A DNA stretch of 64,000 bases from Gamaleyavirus NAN33P5: sequence record OZ035750.1; one strand, written 5' to 3'. The first letter of the stretch is position 1. Each line of letters starts with the position of its first letter. A model generated the notes under the pieces. The model was not told the DNA's origin. It made no database searches and saw only the letters and a list, made by a program, of their open reading frames with translations. Of the stretch, positions 31,549-42,608 are shown piece after piece. The position numbers and the translations under genes are program-made.

Positions 31549-31853
31549 TATTCCCCCTTGGGAATCATATTTGCCTGGAACTCTGGTTCAGACATCAGAC
31601 CCAGGTTATTGATGGACAGATAAACAATGTCTTTCAGGTCAACCGAGGTATCAAAACGCTGGTCCAGACTAATCTTCAGAGAGTGATTGACACGGGCCAA
31701 ATCTTTATAAGTCACATGAGGTTCGTCAGTGAGCAGCATTGTATTCATGGTAAGCAGGGAACCATCATCAGCTTTAGGAAGCTGGAAGATTACCTGTGCT
31801 GCCACCATCCAATGATATTTTTTGACGACGGTTTCTTTAGTACTTTTAGTCAT
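31548..31853 (-). CDS. hypothetical protein
   Basis: 101-aa ORF, overlaps DNA polymerase stop by 4 nt. Confidence 0.5.
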   Translation of the reverse strand: MTKSTKETVVKKYHWMVAAQVIFQLPKADDGSLLTMNTMLLTDEPHVTYKDLARVNHSLKISLDQRFDTSVDLKDIVYLSINNLGLMSEPEFQANMIPKGE

Positions 31854-34429
31854 GCGAATGCCTTTTGAATTATTTGATGAACTTCTTCTGGGGTAGCGTG
31901 ATTTGGAATCTCAATCTCGTTAGCCCACGTTGGGTAGAACAAGGATAGTTCCCCACCCAAACCAACTTCTGGATGAGCAATATCAGGATGGTCTTGCCAG
32001 TTAACGGCTTCAACCAAGTGCTTGTTCGTGTACTGCAAAGTATCCATGTTGTCACGAATCATGAAGTACTGGGCATCGTGAATGTGAATACTAGGACGTA
32101 TATCTAACCTGAACTCACTGGCTCTGACTTTACGCATAAATTCTGAACCAGCACGGTTATTCAGAAGACACCAGCTTTGCCCCAAGGCATTACCAGCAGT
32201 TCTACCTTCAGCTTCTGCTTCATATGGAGTCTTACATGTCCCACGTAATACCTGAGCCAGTAAAGGAGTACGCACTCTCAAACCAAATGCAGCAGTTACA
32301 TAACCAGTCTTGGCAGCTTCATCTAGCTTAGCTTGAACCCACATATCGCTAACTACATAGAGGTCGTGATAACGTTTCTCCGTTGTTTTAGCTTTCTCTT
32401 CCGAGAAGCCACAGTTTTTCATCAAGCCCATATATGTGCCACCATAGGTAAGCAAGAATGTTGGGGCTTTAGAATCACTACGCAAGTGCTTGTACTTCGT
32501 CTGAATAGAATTAATTGACTCAACTGTGTCTACTATGTCTGGCATCTGCTCACCGAAGTAAGCATACGCACGTAGACTATGCCCATCATAACCATCGGTA
32601 TATACCTTAAGTTTCTGGGGGTCTTTAGTAGTCAATGCAGATATTCTGTCTTCCAGCGAGGCGAAGTCCAAACCGCAAAATATCCAGCCAGGTGGGGCTT
32701 CGAAGCATTTCTTAATCTTCTTGGCATATTTAGAACCGGATGGAATTGTTTGTAGATTTGGCTCTGAAGCCGATAGCCTACCGGAGACTGTGCCTCCCAG
32801 ATTGAGGTTGCCGAATAGGTAGTGCCAGCCATCCGGCCCCGGTTGGGCATTCCTGAAAGCTGGTATAAAACTAGTGATAATCTTATCCACGAGCTTATAG
32901 TCGATAAGTGCATTGAGCAGTTCCTTAACATCTTCACTCTGCGTATGTGTACGCAGTGCTTTAATAGTGTCACCGTCAGTAGCAGGTTGCTTGCTCTTAG
33001 TAAGACCAAGAACCGGTAAGCCAATATAATCAAATAACAGTTTCTGTAATTGTGGACCGGAGTTAGGATTAAACTCGATGTCACAATCAGCCAGTGTTAC
33101 CTGCTTTTTCTTAAGCTTAGCATTCTTATCGTCTACCCATTCCTGACGAAGCATCAGGGTGAAATTCTTCATGAGCTTAGACTCATGAATAGTTTTCAGA
33201 GCCTGGTTCCTGTCAGTTTCCATCTCTTCAGCTACTTGGTTAACGGTTTCCATATTCATGGGCATACCGGTTAACTGCATCTGAATAATGTCTTCACAGG
33301 CTGGTTTAAAGATGTTGTTATAAACATCCAGTTGGTCATCAGCAATGAGAGTATCCCAGTGCTTCTCGTAGGTGTACCACGTACACAAACCATCAATGAG
33401 GTTGTAGCGTAACAGTTGCTCATTAGGAATAAGACGAATGTCTTTAATATCATCCTGAGCATAGTTACCAGCATACTCCTGAGCCTGGTCTTTCAGACTA
33501 AGGTGATTTCCAGCACAACTGTTAGTAGCCAGGTAGGTAATTAACTTAGTACAGTCCCAATTGCGTAGCATGATGTCCATGCCATGCAGCAAGCCTTCCG
33601 TATCAATCAGGTTATCCATGAATAGCTGATAGATAAGTATGTACACGTCATAGCTAATGTTGTGATACATCTGCCGTTGAGTGTACTTAATGAAGAACTC
33701 ACGTAATAGGTTACGAACAACATCGTTCCTGTTAATACGCCCATAGGGTGCTTCAGTAGCCCCCTTAATTGGCTCGTAGTCCACATTAAAGGCTATGCCT
33801 TGTGTCTTACTCCAACAGAACGTAATCGTTCCTATACCTGCGTTATAGTGCTTTAAACCGAATGATTCGATGTCTATAGCCAGAGGCTTATTCATCTCAA
33901 GCAACTGGTCTAACCAGGCTTTAATCTTTTCTGGTGTATCTGGGTAGGCTTCAAACTCAATTATTCCCTGTCCTGGTTCAGCATACTGCCCACGAATGTG
34001 GTTAAGTAATGCATCCATACCCTGAGCAATTTTGGCTTTCACTACAGGTGGGTCGTAAAAGACCTGTCTGTAGCTAGGTGTATAGATAACCTTCTGTTTA
34101 CCCCATACTGAATCACAAACATAGCCGAGGTTAGCCTCTGCTTTAGCTTCTTTAGTCAGTATTTTGAAGTAGTCAGAATCTGTACAGATAATGTACTGAG
34201 TCTCTGCATCATCCAGTACTTGTTGCAGTTCCTGCTGTATGAACTCTTTAATCTCCCTTACAGGAGTTTTCTTCTTGCCGGGGGCGGAATGAAGTTCAAG
34301 GAATATGAAATCTTCCATGCTTAGGTCATAAGGCAGCAGGTAGGTTTTAATCATCTCCTCCCTTCGGATTTGATGACCGAGGATAGCAATAGGATACTTA
34401 CCAGTATCCTGAGAGGTGATGTAACGCAT
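31850..34429 (-). CDS. DNA polymerase, family A
   Basis: 859 aa; motif A-like GLDFASLEDRI, motif B-like KAPTFLLTYGGTYMGL, motif C-like IHDAQYF. Confidence 0.8.
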   Translation of the reverse strand: MRYITSQDTGKYPIAILGHQIRREEMIKTYLLPYDLSMEDFIFLELHSAPGKKKTPVREIKEFIQQELQQVLDDAETQYIICTDSDYFKILTKEAKAEANLGYVCDSVWGKQKVIYTPSYRQVFYDPPVVKAKIAQGMDALLNHIRGQYAEPGQGIIEFEAYPDTPEKIKAWLDQLLEMNKPLAIDIESFGLKHYNAGIGTITFCWSKTQGIAFNVDYEPIKGATEAPYGRINRNDVVRNLLREFFIKYTQRQMYHNISYDVYILIYQLFMDNLIDTEGLLHGMDIMLRNWDCTKLITYLATNSCAGNHLSLKDQAQEYAGNYAQDDIKDIRLIPNEQLLRYNLIDGLCTWYTYEKHWDTLIADDQLDVYNNIFKPACEDIIQMQLTGMPMNMETVNQVAEEMETDRNQALKTIHESKLMKNFTLMLRQEWVDDKNAKLKKKQVTLADCDIEFNPNSGPQLQKLLFDYIGLPVLGLTKSKQPATDGDTIKALRTHTQSEDVKELLNALIDYKLVDKIITSFIPAFRNAQPGPDGWHYLFGNLNLGGTVSGRLSASEPNLQTIPSGSKYAKKIKKCFEAPPGWIFCGLDFASLEDRISALTTKDPQKLKVYTDGYDGHSLRAYAYFGEQMPDIVDTVESINSIQTKYKHLRSDSKAPTFLLTYGGTYMGLMKNCGFSEEKAKTTEKRYHDLYVVSDMWVQAKLDEAAKTGYVTAAFGLRVRTPLLAQVLRGTCKTPYEAEAEGRTAGNALGQSWCLLNNRAGSEFMRKVRASEFRLDIRPSIHIHDAQYFMIRDNMDTLQYTNKHLVEAVNWQDHPDIAHPEVGLGGELSLFYPTWANEIEIPNHATPEEVHQIIQKAFA

Positions 34430-34438
34430 AGCTTTACC

Positions 34439-34969
34439 TTAGAAGATCAGATGTGAAGCTGCATAGTACTCAATAGAAGGTAGAATCTTCTCATACTGTT
34501 TGATTGCCATAACATCACCAGCAAGAGTCCAAGCTGCTTCACGAGTACGTGGTAGCCCTTTGTACTGACCAGTCTGGTCTTGAGCTACCAGACATTCAGG
34601 TAGAGCATCACGTACATCCTGATAGGACATACAACCGCGAACCAGTCGATATACTGTCTGGTTCACAAGGTGTACTTCCATAATCAGACGACTGGAGGCT
34701 TTCAGATACTTGTCCATTGCAGGCCAAAGTTCTGGATTAAGTGTTAACCGTTCACCGTAGGTTGGAGGTCTGGTAGCATTAGAACGCTGATAGAACTCTC
34801 CTTGGTGAAGGAATCCAGCTGATACATCTACACCATTGATACGGTCATTCTTATCAATGATGCCGTTTAACACACCATCAAGACGAACCAGTTCTGCTAA
34901 GAACAGGTGCTTGACTATCTCGCTGCTATTGGCAACCTGACCAATAGTTGCTGAACCAATCTGAGGCAT
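34439..34969 (-). CDS. hypothetical protein
   Basis: 176-aa ORF between helicase and polymerase. Confidence 0.5.
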   Translation of the reverse strand: MPQIGSATIGQVANSSEIVKHLFLAELVRLDGVLNGIIDKNDRINGVDVSAGFLHQGEFYQRSNATRPPTYGERLTLNPELWPAMDKYLKASSRLIMEVHLVNQTVYRLVRGCMSYQDVRDALPECLVAQDQTGQYKGLPRTREAAWTLAGDVMAIKQYEKILPSIEYYAASHLIF

Positions 34970-34979
34970 ATGTCCTCCC

Positions 34980-36290
34980 TTAGAAAGTTAGACCACCATA
35001 CTTACTGGCAAGATTGCCATAGAACACTACACGCTTACGGGCACGAGACACAGCAACATAAAGCAGGCGGGCAACCATATCAGGTTGGCGACAGCTTGAG
35101 AGGTCATTTGCATCAATGAAGATTGTGTCGTAAGTAGAGCCTTGTGATTTATGAACAGTACATGCATGTGTAGCACGTAGGTCTGGAATAGTTTCTTTAA
35201 GACGGAAGTAAGGTTCCCAGTTCTTCTCTTTACCTAACCACTTAACCAAACGGTTGAAGTAGTCTGAGTCTGTAGGGACTGGGACTTCACTAACAATACC
35301 ACCATAACCAAGGTCTAGAGTACTATCACGGACTTCCAGTTCCAGGTCACCTGTAACCTGAATCATGCGAGTACTACTATCCTGGTCGATAAGTTTTACT
35401 TCTTGCTCAATAGACAGACGGTCTTCCTTCCCTAAGCGAACGGCTGAGTTAGAGACTAGCTGTTCACCAATGGAGTATTCACCTACATATCCGTTAGCTT
35501 CACGAATGTAGTTATTGTAATTAATAACCTGGTCATTGGTGTAAGCGACAATACGGCTATTGGTAGGCTGAGTGAAGTGACTGAGAACCAGTTTCTCCAT
35601 CTCTTCACCCTGTACCCAGTCAATAATTCCTGGAATACATTTAATAGGCAGGAAGCCTGTCTTACCTTCCACCGTATCACGCAATTGCTGGTGCAATGCT
35701 TTGAGTTCTGGTGTATCGGTACGCATTTGTTCAGTCAGATAGTGTGTTGGGATATTACCTGCATACACTGGAGACTTACTCTCTTTAACAGGCAGAAGCT
35801 GAGAAGCATCACCTACGAATACCAGTTTACACTGGTGAGTACCTTCACGAGCATACTTAAGTAACTGACGGTCAATCATGGATGCTTCATCTACGAAGAT
35901 AATCTTGTTCTTCTTAATGGTGAATGACTTAGAGGGTACGACATTAGCCTCACCAGTCTTAAAGTCATTCTTAACAATCAGCCCCTGAAAGGAATGATAG
36001 GTAGACGTTGGACGCCCGGTAGCTTGAGCCAGAACTTCAGCAGCTTTGTTCGTGGTCGCTGTCATGACAACTTCGTTATACAGGGGCTTGGTTCCCATCA
36101 GAGAACAGGTTTCCATATATGCAGGCATAGTGTCATCAATAAGGTGCGACATCAGGAATGTCTTACCAGTTCCTCCAGGTCCACTGATTCCGAACTCTGT
36201 GGCATTAGGGTCGAGCAGGAAGTCGAAGAACTCCTTCGCAACCGCTTCTTGCCCCTGGTTCAATGGGGCTTTGGTAGGTTTGGAAAACAT
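34980..36290 (-). CDS. SF1-type DNA helicase (Dda/RecD-like)
   Basis: Walker A GISGPGGTGKTF; IIFVDEASM Walker B; 436 aa. Confidence 0.65.
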   Translation of the reverse strand: MFSKPTKAPLNQGQEAVAKEFFDFLLDPNATEFGISGPGGTGKTFLMSHLIDDTMPAYMETCSLMGTKPLYNEVVMTATTNKAAEVLAQATGRPTSTYHSFQGLIVKNDFKTGEANVVPSKSFTIKKNKIIFVDEASMIDRQLLKYAREGTHQCKLVFVGDASQLLPVKESKSPVYAGNIPTHYLTEQMRTDTPELKALHQQLRDTVEGKTGFLPIKCIPGIIDWVQGEEMEKLVLSHFTQPTNSRIVAYTNDQVINYNNYIREANGYVGEYSIGEQLVSNSAVRLGKEDRLSIEQEVKLIDQDSSTRMIQVTGDLELEVRDSTLDLGYGGIVSEVPVPTDSDYFNRLVKWLGKEKNWEPYFRLKETIPDLRATHACTVHKSQGSTYDTIFIDANDLSSCRQPDMVARLLYVAVSRARKRVVFYGNLASKYGGLTF

Positions 36291-36300
36291 TTAAATCTCC

Positions 36301-36325
36301 AGTAAAAAACCCTCCGTAGAGGGTT
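36301..36325 (-). terminator. rho-independent terminator (minus strand)
   Basis: AACCCTC-TACG-GAGGGTT on minus strand followed by TTTTTTACT. Confidence 0.55.
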
Positions 36326-36776
36326 AGATGTATGGTTTTAAGTTGGGCTTGGTGTAATGCGGTCCTTTCATTACTTTCTGATTCTCGTTGAAGATAGGAT
36401 TACCATCTTCGTCGAACTTGGAATAGTTTGAGCGATTGACTTCAGCCAATGCTCCAGGGACATTCATCCCAAGGAAAGTACCGACGCCAGTTGCTGTAAC
36501 GATCTGGTCTGCCAGAGCATCCAGAAGTTCCTGACGGTCTTCTTCTTGAATGAAGAAACTGTCTTCTTCCTGCTTCAATAAGTTAGAAATGAAGCGTAAA
36601 TGTTTACGAGCATCATCTAACTTATTTTTGTAACCAGGGTATTTAGTCTGGAGTACATCCAGCATTTCCACTACTTCTTCCAGATGGCAACCCATCTGGG
36701 TACTGATGTTCTTACTCGTCGGATTCGGTACTGCGATTTCAAACCATTCTTTGGTTTTAGTGATAATATCTGACAT
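36324..36776 (-). CDS. putative MazG-like nucleotide pyrophosphohydrolase
   Basis: Acidic helical motifs HLEEVVEMLDVL and ELLDALADQIV typical of all-alpha NTP pyrophosphatases; 150 aa. Confidence 0.3.
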   Translation of the reverse strand: MSDIITKTKEWFEIAVPNPTSKNISTQMGCHLEEVVEMLDVLQTKYPGYKNKLDDARKHLRFISNLLKQEEDSFFIQEEDRQELLDALADQIVTATGVGTFLGMNVPGALAEVNRSNYSKFDEDGNPIFNENQKVMKGPHYTKPNLKPYI

Positions 36777-36778
36777 TG

Positions 36779-37249
36779 TTATTTCCCATGATTTGGGTGA
36801 AAGTTATAGAGTATTTCAGCGTCTTTCCTGGCTTTTGCAGCCTCATTTAAGTCATCAAATGTGCCCAAATGCTTTCGTTTACCCTTGATGGTTATACTAG
36901 CTAACCAGTTAGAGTCACGTTTATTCCAGCATACGCCTGTTACCCCAGAAGTATTCTTAGGGGATTTTGCTCTATTCCTATGATTATCTAAGACTGTAAC
37001 TAATCTTAGATTCTCAATTCTGTTATCCAACTTGTCATGCCATATATGGTCAACCTGCATACCTTCCGGTATGGGTCCGTTGTGCATCTCCCAGATTACT
37101 CTGTGAACTAAGAAGTTCTCCTGTAGATACTGGAATTTCAGGTAACCACTCCCATTTGGCGAGCCAACTAAATCTCCTATTTTAGTTCTGTTTCTATGTT
37201 TTACAGCCCAGTAGAGCTTTCCTCTACTGGGCTGAATATTTCTTTCCAA
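36779..37249 (-). CDS. HNH homing endonuclease (free-standing) with AP2-like DNA-binding domain
   Basis: HRVIWEMHNGPIPEGMQVDHIWHDKLDNRIENLRLV HNH core; C-terminal SGVTGVCWNKRDSNWLASI...FDDLNEAAKA AP2-like. Confidence 0.7.
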   Translation of the reverse strand: MERNIQPSRGKLYWAVKHRNRTKIGDLVGSPNGSGYLKFQYLQENFLVHRVIWEMHNGPIPEGMQVDHIWHDKLDNRIENLRLVTVLDNHRNRAKSPKNTSGVTGVCWNKRDSNWLASITIKGKRKHLGTFDDLNEAAKARKDAEILYNFHPNHGK

Positions 37250-37274
37250 TTATGCATTGATACCTCTATGGAGA

Positions 37275-37661
37275 TTATTCTTTACCCTCATGTGCACGAA
37301 GGTATCGGATATGGGCAGGCAAATCGGTTGCCTGTCTGTTTTTATAGGCATCCAGTAATAGATCACGAACAAACTGTCGGATTTCATACTTCGGCCCTAA
37401 TTGCTCCGCAATCCAATCTACAATTGGAGTAGGCATTGGTGTAAGAACATTCTCCATAAAAGTTCTGCGAGTGTCCGCTGGTTCTATATTCAATGACCGC
37501 AGACGTAGTGTAACCGTAGTGGGGTGAACCCCCAACGTCTTAGCGATAGTTGCGAGGGACAGACCAACAGCATTCATACGAATGATGTCTTCATCAGTTG
37601 CTTTGCGATTACTTCTGAATACTTTACTCATAGTACATTTCCTCTTCAAATTTACCCTCAC
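37275..37661 (-). CDS. putative HTH DNA-binding protein
   Basis: MNAVGLSLATIAKTLGVHPTTVTLRL helix-turn-helix-like; true start may be the internal Met (MSKVF). Confidence 0.4.
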   Translation of the reverse strand: MRVNLKRKCTMSKVFRSNRKATDEDIIRMNAVGLSLATIAKTLGVHPTTVTLRLRSLNIEPADTRRTFMENVLTPMPTPIVDWIAEQLGPKYEIRQFVRDLLLDAYKNRQATDLPAHIRYLRAHEGKE

Positions 37662-37857
37662 TTTATTATAAGTGAGGGCATTTGAACAGGCTAGGACTGG
37701 TTCTTATACCATTCCCCGAACTCTTTCATTGCATCTTCTAAGGACAAGCCTTCGAAGAATTGACCAAAGTGCCCGTTGTACATTACACAAATCCTTGTAA
37801 CGGTTTGCTTTTGGGGTGTGATTACTTCCCGTATATCCACCTTATCAATGCTAACCA

Positions 37858-39909
37858 TTACTTGGCAGCCTTGACTAGCTTGGTTGCTAACTTAGCTTCT
37901 TCTTCAGTCAGACCCATTGCAGTGAATGACTTCTTAGCATGACGCTTATAGTCTTGCAAAGCATGGCCTTTCTGATAGTCAGAGTAGGACGTATCGTTCA
38001 GGATGCTACGCAGGTTATCAACGTGTTTACCAGATGGTGCTACCTTAGTAGCAGTAGCCGAACGGTTAACCTTAGTTTGCTTCACCGGTTTAGGTTTACC
38101 GATTGGTTTAGCTGTGTAGGTTGTACGTACATCAGCAATCTTAGATACCACATCGGAACCAACACCCAAAGCAGCCCATGGCTTACGAGCCTTACCCCGC
38201 ATTTCCACAAGTAAATCAGCAGCAGCTAATTTATCTTCTGGAGTAGTAGCGTTAAGGAACTCTTTGATCAGTTCCTGAATTTGTTCTTTCACAGTAGGAG
38301 CCTTATTAACAATAGGTTTAAGGTCAGTAGCCTTCACTGGTTCAGCAGCTAAAGCTTCATTCAGTGACTCTTCCATATTCAGTGCTTCTTTACTGGCAAC
38401 TGTACGGAATTGTTCTACAGAACCAGATGAGAGATTAGTGTATTTGAGGTTAGTGCCATAATGTCCACCAACCATGACAAGTGTGGTAGGTGAACTATGG
38501 TTCCCAACGATGGCATCATTAAGCAACTTCTTACCTACTTCTGTCTTAGACAGGTAGATACCACTGTTAACGTTGCAACGTTCCTCTTCCGGTAGTTCAG
38601 CAATAATGTGATACGCAGCTACACGCATCTTATTAGTGTTGTACTCAGGAACAGCAAATACATCTTCTGGTGCTACTTTACCAAGGATAGTTACGTTACC
38701 ACCGAAGTGACGGATGTAGCTCATGGATGCTACGTGCAGACCATTAGAGCAGTCTTGTCGACGGTCAGGGTCTACCAGGTCTTCTCGTACCTGTACTTTA
38801 CAGCCTACCCACTGACGGATGTTGCCTGAGTGACAGTCAACGAATACACGTTTACCATTTTCTTCACCCCTGAACTTAAGGCGTTTCAGGAACAGGATTG
38901 AGCCATCATCAGCGATAGGTAGTTCAGCAGTTTCCATGAATTTCATCAGGTCTTCTACTGAGTGCAGACGGTCTTTAATAACCGGAGCCAGACGCTCAAG
39001 GAACTTAGTAAAGCCCTTGTAGTCTTTCAGCTTGGCAGACTGACGCAGATGACGGTGCAGGTTCTCAACCCCAGGGATAACCCCATTGTTGGTAACAGCA
39101 ACAACCACTTCATCTTCCTTCACATCAGTGTGGAAGTTAGCATCATCGGTGCTGATAGCACCTAATGCAGCCAGCTTCTCTGAAGCAGCAGCTAGCTTAT
39201 CCTGGTTCGTAGTTTTAGCTACTTCCACATAAGGTAGTGGTGTTTCCTCACGGTTGGTAAATACAATGTGTACACCTTTGATGTTCTGAGCTTGTTTAGC
39301 AAACTCACCCATTTCATCATCAGATACTGCACGAATTGCAATAGGCCATTCTTGTGCAAGAGTACGAGCGGTGTGGGCATACCCCCAGCATAGTACGTCG
39401 TTAATAAAACGAACCAGTGCAGGATGGTTATGGTCCTTGTCCCAACCAATAACCCACATCAGATTGTCACGTTTGTCGTAACAACCATCTGCTACCGTTA
39501 CTTCTGGTTCATTAGCCTGGACAGCCAGGAAGGTATCCATAGCTTTAGATACTAATGTCTTAGTAGGATTACCCAGCTTAATATCTGAGACGATACGGGC
39601 TGGTTGAACACCTGTACCATCCTTAAAGAACTCTTTGAGTTTAGCTTTAGCTACCTTGAAGAAACGAACGAATCCGTTGGTGTTCTTCTCTGCTTCCAGA
39701 TATTCAGTACGTAATTCTACTTCTGGTGCAATGTTTACTTCTATTTGATCATGAGTAGTACCCAGACCTTTAGTCTGTGCTTCAGACACAATGCGAGCAA
39801 CCCGTGGGTCGCTCTGAGGATATACAACCGTGGAGCCATCAGGCTTCCACAGCGTGAGGTTTCGACTGTCAACTGCCAGTGCGATGATAGAAATCAATTC
39901 GATTTTCAT
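37858..39909 (-). CDS. rIIB: rIIB-like protein
   Basis: 683-aa protein immediately downstream of the rIIA-like gene with 5-nt spacing; adjacency-based call. Confidence 0.4.
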   Translation of the reverse strand: MKIELISIIALAVDSRNLTLWKPDGSTVVYPQSDPRVARIVSEAQTKGLGTTHDQIEVNIAPEVELRTEYLEAEKNTNGFVRFFKVAKAKLKEFFKDGTGVQPARIVSDIKLGNPTKTLVSKAMDTFLAVQANEPEVTVADGCYDKRDNLMWVIGWDKDHNHPALVRFINDVLCWGYAHTARTLAQEWPIAIRAVSDDEMGEFAKQAQNIKGVHIVFTNREETPLPYVEVAKTTNQDKLAAASEKLAALGAISTDDANFHTDVKEDEVVVAVTNNGVIPGVENLHRHLRQSAKLKDYKGFTKFLERLAPVIKDRLHSVEDLMKFMETAELPIADDGSILFLKRLKFRGEENGKRVFVDCHSGNIRQWVGCKVQVREDLVDPDRRQDCSNGLHVASMSYIRHFGGNVTILGKVAPEDVFAVPEYNTNKMRVAAYHIIAELPEEERCNVNSGIYLSKTEVGKKLLNDAIVGNHSSPTTLVMVGGHYGTNLKYTNLSSGSVEQFRTVASKEALNMEESLNEALAAEPVKATDLKPIVNKAPTVKEQIQELIKEFLNATTPEDKLAAADLLVEMRGKARKPWAALGVGSDVVSKIADVRTTYTAKPIGKPKPVKQTKVNRSATATKVAPSGKHVDNLRSILNDTSYSDYQKGHALQDYKRHAKKSFTAMGLTEEEAKLATKLVKAAK

Positions 39910-39913
39910 CAGA

Positions 39914-42475
39914 TTATTTACCTTTCAGTTTGTTTAGACGATTACGGTAGAGGGACTTAAACCCAGGAATATCCTCTGGATTCTTCTTGAGATGTTTAAC
40001 TAAACTACCTAAGTCCAGTCTCTGTAGAATGTCGCCAGCACTCCAGTTATAACTGAATAGTCCTTTGTACTCGTTAAGTACTTCGAAATGCTTATGCATA
40101 CGAGGATTAACCATCCTTACATATGGCACTAAGACATCTACTGACTTAATGAGGCCCATCTCAACAAGTTTCTCTTTGTTGCGTGAATGACTTCTTAGGA
40201 AGTCACATGCCCATTCATATTCTGGTTTAAAAGTCAGACTCTGTAATGGTTTGAATGTTAGACCCAGGATGTCGAGGATTTCCCAATATTCTCTGTCATC
40301 CAGTCCTACGTATTCCAGAACACCGATACGTTGCTCTGTGGCGTACTTCTTGAATCCCTTGCTGGTAATAACAGACATCAATTCATTAAGACGAATATCA
40401 TCAATGTGAATAGCACCACGACGTTTGGCTTTGTTAACTTCGATTTGATTACGACAGACAACAGTCTCTGCTTTCATCTCATCAGACAGTTCATACCATT
40501 TCCACATGGTTCCAATCTGGGCAGTTTCTGGTCTACCAGAAACAACCTGACTGGCTGGTACGTAGTACTTAGGTAATTCTACTTCAACAAAACCAGACTT
40601 CTCATGGAAGCTCGGGTCAGCAAACTCCCCCTGAATATATGGCCTGGATTCCCAATCACCACTCGTATTTCGTTCACGAATAGTACCTAGTACAGCATTC
40701 AATGAAACCAGTGCATTAGTTTTACCGCCTGCTTTGGTTTTATTGGCAGCTATTGTCTTAGCACGCTTCTCAGCAGCTATCTTAGCCTGTTCCCTGCGGA
40801 AGTTAGTTGGCTTGTCCCACTCATTATACTGAGTAAGGTCAATTACCCGATAACCCATAGCAGTGAACTTAGCTACAGCTTCTTCTGCTTCACCCTTCTT
40901 AGGTCCAACGACGTGAACAAAAGCTGTACGCTCCAGATCACCTCGGTTGTACTCAGGGAAGTATGAGAAAGAGTCTGCACAGTCAGATAAACGTCTTGTA
41001 ACTACAACGTTCTTGGTAGTGAATATACCGATACTCAAATGGCTGTTATATCTCATCTTAAAGTAGTCAGTAAGTTTACCCTTCACCAAGTCAACACTGT
41101 TACCCTGGTTCATTATGTAACCAGACCACTTAGCGCCAGTAGCTTTTAATGCAACAAGCTGAGGTAAGTGCAGATGACGGTATACTAAATCCTGGAATAA
41201 GGATGTACCGTCTGTACGAGTATGCTTAAGAGCACGCATAGCCTTACTATACAGTTTCTTAAGACCTGCATATTCAGGGCGAGCCAATAATGCCTTGTTG
41301 GATAGATTACGCCAGTGCTTAATATGATGCTTACGTTGCTTAGCCCACAAGCTAGAGGACATATAACGTTGAACAATTTCGTCTGTAACAACACCCAAGA
41401 AAGATGGATAGTCCCAGTAACGAGTAGAAGATTGGGAGGCATATTCTTCAATCTGCTTAATAGCTTCAGGAATCTTAGCCTTAATCTCTTTCTCCATTCG
41501 ATCTACTAAATCTACACATAGAGCAGTAATACCATCGTCAGTTAACTTCTGGTTAGACAGTGTTTCACGACTAGGGGCAATAGCTAAGGTATCTGGTGCA
41601 GCCTGAACTACTAAAGTGTCAGCACCAATGATATTCATGAAGTTGAGAATAAGACCTACAGCCTCTTCACTAGCTGGACTGGATACTATTGGGTACATTA
41701 CGTTACCGTAACGAACAAAGATGTTACTGCTACCCATATAGCCTTGATACCAGCTATTGGACATATCATATGAACCAGGTTCAAATGACATACCCAGCGT
41801 ATTCAATAGAGTGTAGTCACCTTGCTGAATACTATTGCCTGCTTCTGTTTTAATGAGTTTAGGGATACTAAGCTCAGCTTTAATCTCACCGTTAAATACG
41901 ATTGATGTGATGTAATGCACGAAGGTATTTACATCATGTTTACCCAACTGGAATTTAACTTCCAGACCGGATTCCTCAGTAGGAATATTGGTAACAATAG
42001 GAACAATACCCGGTTTACCATCATTCTCAATCGCAGCCTTAGCTACGTTATATACCGACATCTTTCCCTGGTTCCATGAAGTAACCTGGAAGCTGTCTGT
42101 ATAAGCGAATGGGGATTTACATCCCAGACCAAAGCCACCAGTAACACTACTGTTGGACTTCTTGGTAGATGCACCATAGACACCATAAATGGAACCAATG
42201 AGTTCATCCGGGATTCCGTTACCAAAGTCACGGAAGGTAATAAAGTTGTCTGTATCAATGGTGATACGGATAGGAGTATCAGTCTTACCTGCTTCAATAT
42301 GAGCATCCCAACTGTTACAGATAGTCTCACGGACTACTGCCAGAGTAGGGTTGTTATATAAGGAAGTACTTAATACGTGAAAGAATGCCGGGTCATCAGA
42401 GATGCCAAAGGCAATTGTTTCTTTGCCACCCAGTGTCGCTGAAGTGGCTGATTGATTGGTATCTGCAACTAACAT
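39914..42475 (-). CDS. rIIA: rIIA-like protein (GHKL ATPase fold N-terminus)
   Basis: N-terminal Bergerat-fold motifs: ETICNSWDA (N box), FRDFGNGIP (G1), GGFGLGCKSPFAY (G2); 853 aa. Confidence 0.65.
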   Translation of the reverse strand: MLVADTNQSATSATLGGKETIAFGISDDPAFFHVLSTSLYNNPTLAVVRETICNSWDAHIEAGKTDTPIRITIDTDNFITFRDFGNGIPDELIGSIYGVYGASTKKSNSSVTGGFGLGCKSPFAYTDSFQVTSWNQGKMSVYNVAKAAIENDGKPGIVPIVTNIPTEESGLEVKFQLGKHDVNTFVHYITSIVFNGEIKAELSIPKLIKTEAGNSIQQGDYTLLNTLGMSFEPGSYDMSNSWYQGYMGSSNIFVRYGNVMYPIVSSPASEEAVGLILNFMNIIGADTLVVQAAPDTLAIAPSRETLSNQKLTDDGITALCVDLVDRMEKEIKAKIPEAIKQIEEYASQSSTRYWDYPSFLGVVTDEIVQRYMSSSLWAKQRKHHIKHWRNLSNKALLARPEYAGLKKLYSKAMRALKHTRTDGTSLFQDLVYRHLHLPQLVALKATGAKWSGYIMNQGNSVDLVKGKLTDYFKMRYNSHLSIGIFTTKNVVVTRRLSDCADSFSYFPEYNRGDLERTAFVHVVGPKKGEAEEAVAKFTAMGYRVIDLTQYNEWDKPTNFRREQAKIAAEKRAKTIAANKTKAGGKTNALVSLNAVLGTIRERNTSGDWESRPYIQGEFADPSFHEKSGFVEVELPKYYVPASQVVSGRPETAQIGTMWKWYELSDEMKAETVVCRNQIEVNKAKRRGAIHIDDIRLNELMSVITSKGFKKYATEQRIGVLEYVGLDDREYWEILDILGLTFKPLQSLTFKPEYEWACDFLRSHSRNKEKLVEMGLIKSVDVLVPYVRMVNPRMHKHFEVLNEYKGLFSYNWSAGDILQRLDLGSLVKHLKKNPEDIPGFKSLYRNRLNKLKGK

Positions 42476-42608
42476 TTATTTACTCTCCAGTTTAAATGTT
42501 GCTTATAGGAAAAGACTGAATACAACTATGGAAATACCTACGGCTGTACCGTATGTACCTAATAATTCATTAAGTATGTAGGGTAGAGCCATGAAATAGT
42601 TGAATACT